Assembly: GCA_965214605.1 (NCBI GenBank)
Contig: OZ243961.1
Coordinates: 96,001-160,000 of the forward strand
DNA: 64,000 nt
Origin: an uncultured Candidatus Binatia bacterium
Lineage (GTDB): Bacteria > Desulfobacterota > Binatia > Bin18
Direction of reading: 5' to 3'
The translations under genes and the position numbers were made by a program. The notes under the pieces were generated by a model. The model searched no databases and had not been told where the DNA came from. It was given only the letters and a program-made list of their open reading frames with translations. Below are positions 38,052 to 48,481 of this stretch, piece by piece; positions within the stretch are counted from its first letter, which is position 1, and each line of letters opens with the position of its first letter.

Positions 38052-38967
38052 TTTTCAGTCGCTGATGCTCCCTACCCTCAAGGCGTTCGCCGGCGGTGAG
38101 GAGCTGTCGCTTTCCGAAGTCCGCGGACGGATTGCCGCTGCCGAGAGACTCTCTGCCGAAGATGTCGGGGAAATGTTCCCGAGCAGTCGGCAGGCAGTCT
38201 TCGCGAACCGTGTGAGGTGGGCCGTGTTCTACATGGAGCGCGCCGGGCTGCTGGAGCGGGTCCGTCGCGGCGTCTATCGGTTGACGCAAGAAGGTGAACG
38301 CTTGCTGTCCCGTAAGCCTCCTCGCATCGATATAAACCTGCTTAGAGAGTTCCCCGATTTCGTCGAATGGTCGCAACGGGCGAACGCTCCGCCTTCCAGC
38401 AAGGATGCGGTGTCCAAGCAGGACGAAGATACCTCCGACACGCCGGAGGAAGCAATGGACCGGGCCGCCCGACAGTTGAGCAGCGTTCTGGAAGCCGATG
38501 TGCTGCATCGGGTTCGCAATGCGGCACCCGCGTTTCTCGGACGGGTGGTCGTCGATTTGCTGATCGCGATGGGCTACGGCGGCGGTGATGCCACGATGGG
38601 CCGTATGACGGGACGTCCGGGCGATGACGGGATCGACGGCACGATCCGGGAGGACGCGCTCGGCCTGGACGAAGTTTACGTGCAGGCGAAGAAGTACGTT
38701 GAAGGCAACGCCGTGGGCGAAGGCGATCTGCGCAACTTCGCGGGCGCGATCGACGCTGCGGGCACGACCAAGGGCGTGTTCATCACCACCGCTAGTTTCA
38801 CGCGCGCTGCGAAGGATTACGTGGCGCGGAGTCCGAAGCGGATCGTGTTGATTGACGGCGAAGAACTGGCGCGCCTTATGGTCCGGCATGGAATCGGCGT
38901 GCGAAGGTGGCACTATCACGAGGTCAAGCGAATCAACGAAGACTACTTCGAGCAGGAAGCGCCGTAG
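38038..38967 (+). CDS. mrr: Mrr-family type IV restriction endonuclease
   Basis: MPVPDFQSLMLP.L Mrr_N domain; DDGIDG..D.LGLD.VYVQAKKY; GVFITT; IVLIDG. Confidence 0.93.
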   Translation: MPVPDFQSLMLPTLKAFAGGEELSLSEVRGRIAAAERLSAEDVGEMFPSSRQAVFANRVRWAVFYMERAGLLERVRRGVYRLTQEGERLLSRKPPRIDINLLREFPDFVEWSQRANAPPSSKDAVSKQDEDTSDTPEEAMDRAARQLSSVLEADVLHRVRNAAPAFLGRVVVDLLIAMGYGGGDATMGRMTGRPGDDGIDGTIREDALGLDEVYVQAKKYVEGNAVGEGDLRNFAGAIDAAGTTKGVFITTASFTRAAKDYVARSPKRIVLIDGEELARLMVRHGIGVRRWHYHEVKRINEDYFEQEAP

Positions 38968-38970
38968 GCC

Positions 38971-39232
38971 GTGCGCCTGTCGCGGAACGAGGTTCGCGTC
39001 CGGGCCGCCGCCTTTCGCGGAGGCCTGACGGGAGGCGGCTTACGAGAAGGGCGAAACGCAGAGCTTCTACCACGCCTTCTTCGACGGGCTCGGAGTGCGG
39101 CGGCGGCGGGGCGGCGCGCGCTACGAGGCGCCTGGCGCCAAGTTGGACAACCGCTCGGGGTTCAGCGCCCTGTTCTGGCCGGGCGTGCGGCTTGGCGAGC
39201 AGAAGAGCGCCGGGCGCGATCTGAAGGCGGCC
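38971..39232 (+). pseudogene. MmeI/YeeA-like type IIG RM enzyme, N-terminal remnant
   Basis: MRLSRNEVRVRAAAF then a frameshift to YEKGETQSFY..LFWPG...EQKSAGRDL. Confidence 0.75.
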
Positions 39233-39237
39233 TCCGG

Positions 39238-39276
39238 TCCGGCCCGACCGATGTTGAAATAGTGGACTACCATTGA
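39238..39276 (+). pseudogene. higB: 3' tail of a second higB
   Basis: GPTDVEIVDYH* matches the end of the first higB and lies directly before higA copy 2. Confidence 0.75.
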
Positions 39277-39289
39277 GAGGAGGCATGAA

Positions 39290-39682
39290 ATGCGTGACCC
39301 CATCCACCCCGGCGAGACGCTGCGCGAGGATCTCGCCGCGCTCGGCATGAGCGCGGCGGAGTTGGCGCGGCGGATCGAAGTGCCGGTGAACCGCGTCACC
39401 GAGATTCTCAACGGTCGGCGGTCGGTCACCAGCGACACGGCCCTGCGGCTGGGGCGTTTCTTCGGCACCTCGGGGGAGTTCTGGCTCAACCTCCAGAAGC
39501 TCTATGAACTGCGCCTTGCGGAACAGAAGCACGGGACGACGATCGCCCGGCTACCGACACTGGAAGCCGGTACGGATCTGCGCGACCGGTTAAGTGCCGA
39601 CCGCTCACAGGCCGACGATTCAAACGATGGCCAGGTCGCTCGTGGGGTCGCAGAGCGAAGGGTCGGCAGCGCGCATCGCTAA
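39290..39682 (+). CDS. higA: HigA family antitoxin (copy 2)
   Basis: MRDPIHPGETLREDL..VPVNRVTEILNGRR..DTALRLGRFFGT..WLNLQ, with an atypical C-terminal extension. Confidence 0.9.
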   Translation: MRDPIHPGETLREDLAALGMSAAELARRIEVPVNRVTEILNGRRSVTSDTALRLGRFFGTSGEFWLNLQKLYELRLAEQKHGTTIARLPTLEAGTDLRDRLSADRSQADDSNDGQVARGVAERRVGSAHR

Positions 39683-39806
39683 AGATGGATGATAAAAATT
39701 GCGATCTACGTCTTGGATACCTTGGGACGATGGGCCTACTGGTGCTCTTTCCGCTTGGCGCTGATTTCGATGAATACGGCGTGGAGCCCCGTCTGGCGTT
39801 GCAGTT

Positions 39807-40505
39807 ATGACTGAAGCGCAGATCAGCCTCGATCTCGCGGGAAGACCGACTGCCCGCGCCATCCTTGACCGTATTCGTTCCGAGAGCCGCGACGAGTCCG
39901 AGAAAGGGCGCTGGTTCGAGCAGTTGTTCATGCGCATCGCGCTTCAAGAGCCCGAGTTCGAAATCGGCGATATCTGGCGCTGGCCCGACTGGCCCGAGCG
40001 GGAGGCACTGATCGGACTCGATGGCCGTGACATGGGCATCGATCTCGTGGCCCGGCGGACCTCAGGGGAATGGGTCGCCATCCAGTGCAAGTGCTATGAC
40101 GACCGGCATATCCTGCGTAAAGGCGAGATTGACAAGTTTCTCGGCGGCTGCAGCCCGTGTTCCGTCTGCGTTGGATCGTGGCGACGTGCCGGTGGGGACC
40201 GATTGCGGAGCGTGCCATCCAGAACGTACATCCGCAGGTCACACAGATCGACTTCCGCCAACATCTTGATGTTCAGGTCGAGGAACGGGACGCCAAACGG
40301 CCAGTGCAGAAGCTTGGCCGCTTCAGGAGGAAGCGGTCGAGGATGCCGTCGGCGGGCTGGCCAATCACGACCGGGGCCGTCTCATGATGGCCTGCGGCAC
40401 CGGCAAGACCTTCACCGCCCTTCGCATCGCCGAGGAGATCGTTCAGGACGGACAGCGAATCCTCTTCGCGGCGCCGACCATCGCGCTGGTCTCTCAGGCG
40501 CGACG
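39807..40505 (+). pseudogene. Type ISP-like (Mrr-nuclease + helicase) RM enzyme remnant
   Basis: KGRWFEQL, DMGIDLVA..AIQCKCY, frameshifts, MACGTGKTFTALRIAE, PTIALVSQ, then truncated. Confidence 0.85.
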
Positions 40506-41225
40506 CGATGGCGCCTTCGCGTATGAGCTGCAACTGCGGCATCTCCGGATCGGCCAGCGTCTCGCCGGAGATCGTGCGCCAGGGCTTGAACCACTCACGC
40601 CCTGCCGTCAGCGTACCGATGCGCGCTTCCCCAGCCCGTCCGAGACGATGAGCGCCGCGTTGAAGGCGAACAGCGAGGGGATTTCCGCCTTGTAGGTCTG
40701 CAATTGCCGGAATGCGGCGTCGATCGTGGCATTCTCGTCGACGGGGTTCTTGAGCTCAATCACCCCGAGCGGCAGGCCGTTGACGAACAGTACGATATCG
40801 GGGCGCCGCTCGTGCTTGTTCTCGACCACCGTGAACTGGTTCACGGCCAGCCAGTCGTCATCGGCGGGCTCGTCGAAGTCGATCGCACGGACCTGCGCCC
40901 CCCGGATCAAGCCGTCCGCGATGCGGTGCTCCACCGTCACGCCATCCACGACCATACGGTGAAAGGCCCGGTTACGGGCCTCCAGCGTGGTTCCTTCCGA
41001 ACGGATCAGCTTGCGGAAGGCGTCGTCGAGTGCCGCAGCGGGAAGGTCGGAGTTCAGCCGAGCCAGGGCATCGTGTAGCCGTCTTTGCAGCACGACCGCA
41101 CGGTAGTCCGCGCGTTCGGCGCCGGGCCTGTCGGGGGCGATCTTCGGACCATGGGCGTTGGATCAGCCAGGGGCCTCCAACCATTCCAGCGCGGCGGTTT
41201 CGACGTCGGATTCTGAAAATTTCAC
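40500..41225 (-). pseudogene. hsdR: Type I restriction subunit R, N-terminal remnant (copy 2)
   Basis: GTG start KFSESDVETAALEWL, an in-frame stop, [25 protein letters not shown], a frameshift, EWFKPWRTI, truncated. Confidence 0.9.
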
Positions 41226-41839
41226 GCGGTGGCCTCGGCGATGGCATCGAGTAAGACCGCGAAGCTATGGGACCGATTGCGTGCCGGGTCGATATGTCGG
41301 CCGATATCGGTGGCCGCCTGCACCTTCGGTATTCCCTGCTTGAAAAAGCCGTGCCTTTGCAGGACACGCTCGAATGTCTCCCAGGTGCCGCCTGTGATCG
41401 CGTCAGGGTTCCGGTAACGAGCTTGGTTTGGAATATTCGGCGATACGCGCGGATAGGCGCCACATACAGCTTGCCAGTCGCCGAAATACCAAGCCTCAAG
41501 CTCTTCGATCGCGATGCGGATTACGACTTGCCAATCAGGGCCGCCGCCGGCCCGCCTCGACCGCAGCCCGGCACGATCGCAGACCTTCTCAAGTCTGGAC
41601 TTGAGCTCCTCGCAATCGTCTCCGTCGCGGTCCACGATCACCACAATACGGTACTCGTCCGGCATCCATGCCGCATAACCCTTGAGGCGATCTCCGATCT
41701 TTCGCAACAGGGCGTCCTTGCCTGGGTACGGGTAAATTTTAAACGTGCAATTCTCTGGAAGCACCCGTGGCAACCAGGCAGCGAGAAACGCTTCCATGGA
41801 AAGTCCTTCCACGTGAAATTCGAAATGGGAAGCAGACAT
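41222..41839 (-). CDS. DUF4276 family protein (TOPRIM-like putative nuclease)
   Basis: HVEGLSMEAFL, VIVDRDGD (DxD), IEELEAWYFGD, NRSHSF. Intact and coupled to the ATPase gene. Confidence 0.82.
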   Translation of the reverse strand: MSASHFEFHVEGLSMEAFLAAWLPRVLPENCTFKIYPYPGKDALLRKIGDRLKGYAAWMPDEYRIVVIVDRDGDDCEELKSRLEKVCDRAGLRSRRAGGGPDWQVVIRIAIEELEAWYFGDWQAVCGAYPRVSPNIPNQARYRNPDAITGGTWETFERVLQRHGFFKQGIPKVQAATDIGRHIDPARNRSHSFAVLLDAIAEATA

Positions 41840-41841
41840 TC

Positions 41842-43080
41842 TCAGTGGTCGCCTCCTCTCCACGCCGGCATTCCGCCTCCGGTCAACGGATCTCCGACTC
41901 CGAAATGCCCCTCCATCCATAGGTCGCCCAGTTGAGCGCCGGCGTCCATGAACGCCTTTACCTTTTCGTCCCGGTCCAGCGGATGACACCGCGTATAGCC
42001 GGATTCGTCGCGCCACAGCACCCGCACTTCATCTGGGCGCAGCGCGTCGAGAAAGAACGGCGAGTGGGTGGTGACGAGGACCTGCGTGGATCCGGCCGCC
42101 CTTCTGCATTCTTCCGCCAGCCCGTAGAGCAGACGGGGATGCAGGAAGTTCTCCGGCTCCTCGACGCCGATAAATGGAGGCGGAAGCGGGTCGTTCAGCA
42201 ACACGAGATAGGCGAGCATCTTGAGCGTGCCGTCCGATGCGAAGCGGGCCGTAACTGGTTCGGAAAATGGGGCGTCCTTGATTTGCAACAGAAGCCTGCC
42301 GTTAGGCATCTGATCCGCTGTGACGTTCTGAATCTTGGGGACCCGTTCCCTAAGCCTGTTGAAAATGAACTCCAGACGCGCAGGATGCTCTTCCGACAGA
42401 TACTGAATCACGTTGGCGAGATTGTCCCCGGTCTTGCTCAGCCGCTCCTCCGGTCCCGCTTCCGGCTGTTCCCTGGCCTCCTGGGACGAGAGATAGGACA
42501 TATGCCATCCCATGATGAAATTCCTGAGCGCTACGATACGGGGATTCTCCGCCAATTGGCCGAGCGCGTTGACCGCAAGGGTATCGGGAGCACTCAGGGG
42601 AACTTCGATCCGCTCGTCCTGTGCGTCCGGCAGTTCGCCGGAAATGACCCGTCCCTTTCCGTCGGCGTAGTCGAGAAACCTGAAAGGTGCTCCATCGCTT
42701 CCCCGCCTCCATCGAAGCCATTCCCCGGCCACGATGGGGCGACCGTTTCTCTCATCCACTTCGAGGTGATAAGTGATCAGGGAGCTACGTGGTTGTTCGC
42801 GATAAGCAATTTCGATCAGAACAGGACCCTCTCCGCCCCGCGATTTCAACTCCCGCGCCCTGCCACGTCTTTCCCAGGCCCGACGCAAACCGCTCTCGAA
42901 GCATTCAGCCAGAAAGGCAAAAACATCAAACACCGTGGATTTTCCGCTACCGTTGGGACCCAGCAGTGCGGTAAGCGGCGTCAGACGCGTGAACTCGACA
43001 TCTTGCAGCGCACGAAAATTCCCTACCTTGAGGCGCTCGATTCTCGGCGGCGCCTCCCCTTTCGTCGTCATTTCGTTCAT
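41842..43080 (-). CDS. ABC-type AAA_21-like ATPase
   Basis: NFRAL, Walker A GPNGSGKS, signature-like ASDGT, Walker [12 protein letters not shown]-loop TTHS. Confidence 0.93.
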   Translation of the reverse strand: MNEMTTKGEAPPRIERLKVGNFRALQDVEFTRLTPLTALLGPNGSGKSTVFDVFAFLAECFESGLRRAWERRGRARELKSRGGEGPVLIEIAYREQPRSSLITYHLEVDERNGRPIVAGEWLRWRRGSDGAPFRFLDYADGKGRVISGELPDAQDERIEVPLSAPDTLAVNALGQLAENPRIVALRNFIMGWHMSYLSSQEAREQPEAGPEERLSKTGDNLANVIQYLSEEHPARLEFIFNRLRERVPKIQNVTADQMPNGRLLLQIKDAPFSEPVTARFASDGTLKMLAYLVLLNDPLPPPFIGVEEPENFLHPRLLYGLAEECRRAAGSTQVLVTTHSPFFLDALRPDEVRVLWRDESGYTRCHPLDRDEKVKAFMDAGAQLGDLWMEGHFGVGDPLTGGGMPAWRGGDH

Positions 43081-44310
43081 TATGCCATTTCCGTTGATCG
43101 AAAGATGCTGGCCACACGCAGCTTGCCGACAATCAAATTGGGAAGGAGCAGATCGCGGGTCTGAACAAGCGAAGCAGATTGCTTGGTGTTCGTGGCGATA
43201 CGATCGTAAAGTGGGCGAACGACGTCTTCCCATGCGGCGAGGATTTCCTTAGAAGGAATCGTTACCGGAACGGGTCGAAACGCCTTCTTGCTGATTTCGG
43301 CGAATGCGGAGCCGCCCGAGATATCCTTAGATGTAGTCAAGGTTTTCACAGCACCAGAACAGAACGTATAGGTTTGGCAAGCGTTTTTCGCAGGCCATGG
43401 CGATGAAGCCTTGGTTTATGGTAGTTGGCAGCTCGGCAATTGCCAGGTAACCGATAGGAGTGTGCGGTGACAAAAGCACGGTGCCGACCGCAAGGAGGCT
43501 GGAGCTGATCTTCTTCACGCCCGCGCTGGTAATCTTCCCATCCGTTTCCAGCAACACAGGCGACGTCGGCTTCGAAAGGTCCTTCGGCGTGGCCCGGTGC
43601 TGCTTGTCTTCGTGCCAATAGGCGGATTCCTTCATACTTAGGAGTTGCGCCTCCCACAGCATGGACTTCCTTACCAATCTCCGAAACCTCCCCCCCAATC
43701 GGTACGTCCTGGTCGTCGAGGGCGTCGGGGAAAAGATCCGCGATGTCCTGGGGCAGCCCGGTATCGCGGCCTGCCATCTTGGCGCGGACAGGGTCGAAAT
43801 CGACGAACCACGACTTGAACAGGGCGCGCGCCGTCGCCTCCAGCGTCTCGTTCATGCGCCGGTTCAACTCAATCTTGTCGTCCAGGGTGCCGAGGATATG
43901 GGCGATGGCCCGCTGTTGTGACACGTCGGGCACGCGCAAGTCGCACGCGTGCGCTTCTTCACGATTGAGGCCGGGAACCGCGCTCTCGAAGGTTAGGTTT
44001 TGCAACCCTATGGATTGGAGAGCATCGTATTGGAATCCAACGGACTCAGCACCCTCTCCCGTGACATAAAATGTCGTGTCAAGAGGCCAAACTGGTGGGG
44101 ACGAGTAATGAACAGCTCCCACCATTCCTGTGCGTCCGATGAGGACAGGCGGCCCACTTGTGAGTGCGACATCATGATAAGCAATAACACCGTTGGAATC
44201 GAACACGGGCATGTCCCCCGCTGGATTTCTCTTCCCCTTTGGGAAACGCTTGCCATAAGAAAACGGGGCCAATTTCCCCACGGTTGTCTTAACGGGCCCA
44301 TTGGTCGTGC
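43080..44310 (-). pseudogene. hsdS: Type I RM specificity subunit, frameshifted
   Basis: [56 protein letters not shown] spread over several frames. Confidence 0.92.
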
Positions 44311-44320
44311 GTGAGTTGTG

Positions 44321-44655
44321 CTAGGGCGGCCTGCCGCATTCGGTTCTCGGCGCGTACACCACCACATACTCCCGCTTGATCTCGCGGTGGAAGCGCTCCG
44401 GGAGGCCCGCCCAGTCCCTGCGACCAGGAAGGGGATGCTGGATTGGCGCAGCGCCTCCTCGAACGCCGCCAGACGGTCGGCCGGGATTGTCTTCAAGTCC
44501 GGACCGCGCAGCGCGAGGTCGAGATCGCTGCCGGCATGGCTTCGCCCGTTCACGCGGCTGCCATAGGCCCAGACCTCGATACCAGACAGGTGCTCCCGCA
44601 CAAGCATTTCCAGCACCGCCCGATGCCTGGGCAGAAGATGCAGCCTGTCAGTCAT
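44321..44655 (-). pseudogene. Minimal nucleotidyltransferase (MNT) antitoxin, frameshifted
   Basis: WAYGSRV.G..SDLDL; a frameshift near 44421, then RDWAGLPERFHREI. Confidence 0.85.
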
Positions 44656-45064
44656 CCGCCGCCTCAAGCACACCGGCCAGCGCCTTCGCGTCCACGATGA
44701 AGGTCGGCAAGAGCTTCATCGTGGATTCGGCGAAGCCTGCGCCATAGTCGTGCGCCGTGCGATTGTCGCGATAGGCAAGCCAGCGTTCTGCGGCATCGGC
44801 TTCGATCAGTCCGTGCCTGGCGGCGTGGCGAAACAGGTCCTTGAAGGTGAGGCGATCCGCCTGCCGGTTGGTCGCGAAGTAGGCGGCAAGACGCTTTCGC
44901 AGAAGCTTGCCGCTCTGCTCCAGCACCAACTCAAACTCCTTGACGCAGGCGGCGCGGTATATGTCATAGACGAAATCGTTCGTCTCCCGGTGCTCGCCGA
45001 TCCCGCCCAAGGCGAGTTCCAATGTGCCGATGCAGCGGCGCAGAGAGGCGGTGTCGATATTCAT
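44648..45064 (-). CDS. HEPN / nucleotidyltransferase substrate-binding (HI0074-like) protein
   Basis: YRAACVKEFELVLE, FKDLFR.A, YRDNRTAHDYG. The RNxTAH motif appears shortened by two codons. Confidence 0.85.
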   Translation of the reverse strand: MNIDTASLRRCIGTLELALGGIGEHRETNDFVYDIYRAACVKEFELVLEQSGKLLRKRLAAYFATNRQADRLTFKDLFRHAARHGLIEADAAERWLAYRDNRTAHDYGAGFAESTMKLLPTFIVDAKALAGVLEAADD

Positions 45065-46013
45065 GATCCGTGTTCCCGGAAGCCTAGCGCCTTGAGGTTT
45101 TCGGCAATCGCCGCGTCGAGCCCGGCCCCCTCCGCCTGCTGTTCTCTCAACTGCGCGACCAGCCGTTGCATTGTGTCCTCGAACGGCTCGGCGGCGTCCT
45201 CCTGCGGCGCGGCGCCGACATAGCGATCGGAGGTGGGCCCATGGCCGTGCCGGCGTATCTCGTCGAGCGATGCGCTCTTGCGGAAGCTGGGCATATCCGC
45301 GTAGTCGGCCACGCCTTCCCCACCCCGCCAGGCATGGTAGGTGTCGGCGACGCGGGCGATGTCCTCGTCCCTCAGCCCGCGATGGTGCGGTCCATCATGC
45401 GGCCGCGCGGGCGGGCGTCGACGAACAGCACCGCGCCGCGGCGGTCGCGAAACCTGCCGCCGCCCCGGTCCCGCGCCACAAACCACAGGCGGGCCGGGAG
45501 CTGGGTCAAGTAGAAGAGCTGACCCGGCAGGGCGACCATCCAGTCCACCAAGCCCGCCTTGATCAAGGCCTTGCGGATCGCCCCCTCGCCGGACTGGGTG
45601 GACGATAGGGAACCGTTGGCCGCCACCAAGCCGGCCGTGCCGCCCGGTGACGGATGATGGACGATGTGTCGTACCTGGGCGAAGTTGGCCTTGCCCTTGG
45701 GCGGGGCGCCAGACTGCCCGCGCTTGTCGTCGGCGAGCCGCCCGCCGCCCCAGTCGGAGACGTTGAACGGCGGGGTGGCGAGGATGAAGTCGGCTTTGAG
45801 GGCGGGGTGGCGGGCGTTGTGGAAGCTGTCGTCGTGGGCGATCTGCCCCTCGATGCCGCCGATGGCGAGGTTCATCTTCGCGAGCCTCCAAGTGGTATAG
45901 TTCGACTCCCGGCCGTAAATCAAGATGTCGGCCCCGGCGCCCCTCGGGACTCTCCCGCCATTGCCGTTGCCGGCGGCATGCGCCCGGATGAACGCGACCG
46001 ACTGGACGAACAT
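45061..46013 (-). pseudogene. hsdM: Type I RM methyltransferase, C-terminal remnant
   Basis: [21 protein letters not shown], catalytic NPPF reads [12 protein letters not shown], frameshift near 45375. N-terminus missing. Confidence 0.92.
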
Positions 46014-46178
46014 GCTGGGAAGACGCCTAGGCCGGTCTGGGTTGGGATACGATTCTCGGAGCAACGATCTGCTGCGCAGGCGACCGGTATAGGGCCGCCT
46101 GAAGGGCCGCTTGCCGCCCGACAAAGCAATGTCCAATCAGGTCATCTGGGCTCTAAGACGGCTCCTGGACCGACGGCC

Positions 46179-47387
46179 TCAGGTCCAGGCACCCGAGTCG
46201 CTAGAGCGGTAACCGAGCGCCCGATACACCGCGTCCACCAAGCTCTGGCCACGCTCGTTGAGCGATGCGCCCGCACCCATCCGGTTCATCGTGTAACCAA
46301 AGGACATGCCAGCTTTTGGATCGGCAAAACCAAACGACCCTCCCGCACCAACATGACCAAAAGCCTCTTCAGAGGTCAACACGCTGTCCTGTACCCCCAT
46401 CGGCTCGCCACGATTGTCCATGGTTTTCATAAAACCTAGGGCGAACCGGGTCGGCATGATCAGCACCGCGTCTCGGCCGGTTGATGAGGACACCCGGCCC
46501 ATCTGAGCCAGCGTGTCGGCGTTAACCAGCTCGACTCCGCCTTTTTTGCCGCCCAGGGCAAGGGGTTCGTACATCCCGGCGAGTCCGCGGGCGTTGGTAA
46601 TACCGCCGGCGCCACCAATCTCCGCCGCGTGCGCCGCCCGCGTGTCATACTCTGGTTCGGCGCCCATATAGCCTCCAGAGTTGAGCAGTACAAGGGATTG
46701 AAGCGAGCCGGGGTTGGCGATTTCCCGGAAGAACAGGCTGTTCGGATCCGGCTCGGCCGCAATCATCGGCGCAACCCGTGCCTCTTTGTCCTCGGGCAAA
46801 CCAATCCAAAAGTCTAAACCGAGTGGATTGGCGATTTCGTCCCGAAAGAAACTCCCCAGCGATTTGCCGGACACCCGCCGAACGACCTCGCCAACTAACC
46901 ATCCAAAGGTCAGAGCGTGATAGCCGTTCCGAGTGCCAGGTTCCCAAAACGGTTCTTGTGTGGCCAGCGTATTGACCATGAGATCCCAGTCGGCGTAGGC
47001 TCCCTGGGGCAGGGGGTCGCGTACCGCCGGCAGACCGGCTTGGTGATTGAGCAACATTTTGACTGGAATATTTTCTTTGCCGGACTGGGCAAACTCCGGC
47101 CAGTACCGGGCCACCGGGGCATTGAGGTCGAGCTGACCCCGTGAGGCGAGGATATGGGCACAGATCGCTGTTGCCCCTTTTGTCGAGGAAAAGACAATGC
47201 TGACCGTGTCTTCATTCCAGGCCGCTCCGGTCTCGACGTTGGCCTTGCCGCCCCATAGATCAACAACGGTGTGGCCTTGGACGGTGACGCACACCGAGGC
47301 GCCAACCTCACCACGCTGTTCAAAATTGCGCTCAAACTCCTCACGGACGGCTTGAAACCTTGGCTCACAGCTTCCATGAACTTCCAT
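46179..47387 (-). CDS. Serine hydrolase (beta-lactamase/esterase family)
   Basis: Sxx[32 protein letters not shown]. Confidence 0.93.
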   Translation of the reverse strand: MEVHGSCEPRFQAVREEFERNFEQRGEVGASVCVTVQGHTVVDLWGGKANVETGAAWNEDTVSIVFSSTKGATAICAHILASRGQLDLNAPVARYWPEFAQSGKENIPVKMLLNHQAGLPAVRDPLPQGAYADWDLMVNTLATQEPFWEPGTRNGYHALTFGWLVGEVVRRVSGKSLGSFFRDEIANPLGLDFWIGLPEDKEARVAPMIAAEPDPNSLFFREIANPGSLQSLVLLNSGGYMGAEPEYDTRAAHAAEIGGAGGITNARGLAGMYEPLALGGKKGGVELVNADTLAQMGRVSSSTGRDAVLIMPTRFALGFMKTMDNRGEPMGVQDSVLTSEEAFGHVGAGGSFGFADPKAGMSFGYTMNRMGAGASLNERGQSLVDAVYRALGYRSSDSGAWT

Positions 47388-47432
47388 TCTTTCCTCCTTA
47401 ACTCAGCACAGAGTCCCGCTGACGGGAACGTG

Positions 47433-48455
47433 TCAGACATTCTGCTCTTCTTGACCCTCACGGGTATACTGCCGAACGAGCTTGTCCAGCAAATCCTGTC
47501 CGGCACTGACCGGAGCATAGCGGGCCGGATGGGCACGGTCGACGAGTGTCTCAAACGGGGCAATCACGGTGTCGTAGTTAGCGGTCAGGAAAAACGCGAT
47601 GGCTTGGCGGCGGGCCGCCGGGTCGGTCGGCACTAAGACACGGTGCTGGGTTGAGACCCATCTGTTGTTGGTCCACTGTTCCATCATATCGCCGATATTG
47701 ATCTGAATACCGTCCGGCACATAGGGGACGTCTTCCCACTCGCCCGCCCGTGTCTTGACCTGTAGTCCTGGACCGTCGGCAGTCACTAGGGTGAGCGTAC
47801 CGTAGTCGCTGTGTGGGCCAATCCGGAACTGGTTGGAACGCGGTGGCGTGGTGAGGGCAGGGTAATCCAGCACGCGGAGGAAATTCATGCTCTTATCGAG
47901 TTTGTCGGCAAAATAGTGTTGGGGTAAATCCAAGGCCAGGGCAAAGATCTCCATGAGGCTCAGGGCTAAGGCTTCGCCCGCGGCAGAGTACTCGGTCAAT
48001 ATCGACCGGAACCGGGCGGGGCGGCCGGGCCAGATGTTCGGCTGAAACATCTGGCGGCCGGTTTCACAGCTGTAATACGGGTCGCGTTCATCAACGTCCA
48101 TGCGACCCATGGTAAAATTTGCTTTCAGGTCTGGGGCCGACTCGTCATGGTGGGCGTAGGCAACCCGCTCTGCCCCGACCGGATTATAGCCCATAAAGCT
48201 GTGAGGAACCTCGCAGTAGCGAAGCTTTTCGTCTTCCGGCAGATCGAAAAACTCTCGGGCGATCTGTAGGGTACGGGCTTGAAGATCGGGCGCGATGCCG
48301 TGTCCGGTAATGACAAAAAACCCAATGGTTTCAAGCGCCTGTCTGACCTGCTCAATAACGGCGTGCCGACCGTTATCGGGCCGGGGCGACCCGTGCGTTG
48401 CCCCAGCACGAAATAGGGCGATGTCAATAACCGGAACCGTCTCGGATGATCCCAT
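47433..48455 (-). CDS. Isopenicillin N synthase-family 2OG-Fe(II) oxygenase
   Basis: IGFFVITGHG, HSDYGTLT, GLQV, NIGD..WTN..STQHRV. Confidence 0.93.
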   Translation of the reverse strand: MGSSETVPVIDIALFRAGATHGSPRPDNGRHAVIEQVRQALETIGFFVITGHGIAPDLQARTLQIAREFFDLPEDEKLRYCEVPHSFMGYNPVGAERVAYAHHDESAPDLKANFTMGRMDVDERDPYYSCETGRQMFQPNIWPGRPARFRSILTEYSAAGEALALSLMEIFALALDLPQHYFADKLDKSMNFLRVLDYPALTTPPRSNQFRIGPHSDYGTLTLVTADGPGLQVKTRAGEWEDVPYVPDGIQINIGDMMEQWTNNRWVSTQHRVLVPTDPAARRQAIAFFLTANYDTVIAPFETLVDRAHPARYAPVSAGQDLLDKLVRQYTREGQEEQNV

Positions 48456-48481
48456 CGCTAGACCTCCTGTGTCTCAAGATG

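Larger units (their letters stand above)
25900..46100. mobile_element. Decaying defence/genomic island
   Basis: Dense RM, TA, helicase and integrase genes or remnants between ogt and a serine hydrolase gene. Boundaries are approximate and no att repeats were identified. Confidence 0.65.

Noticed and set aside
46179-48455. IPNS-like oxygenase + beta-lactamase-fold gene as a beta-lactam cluster
   Set aside because: No ACV synthetase or NRPS. Both families are broad, and the hydrolase looks esterase-like.
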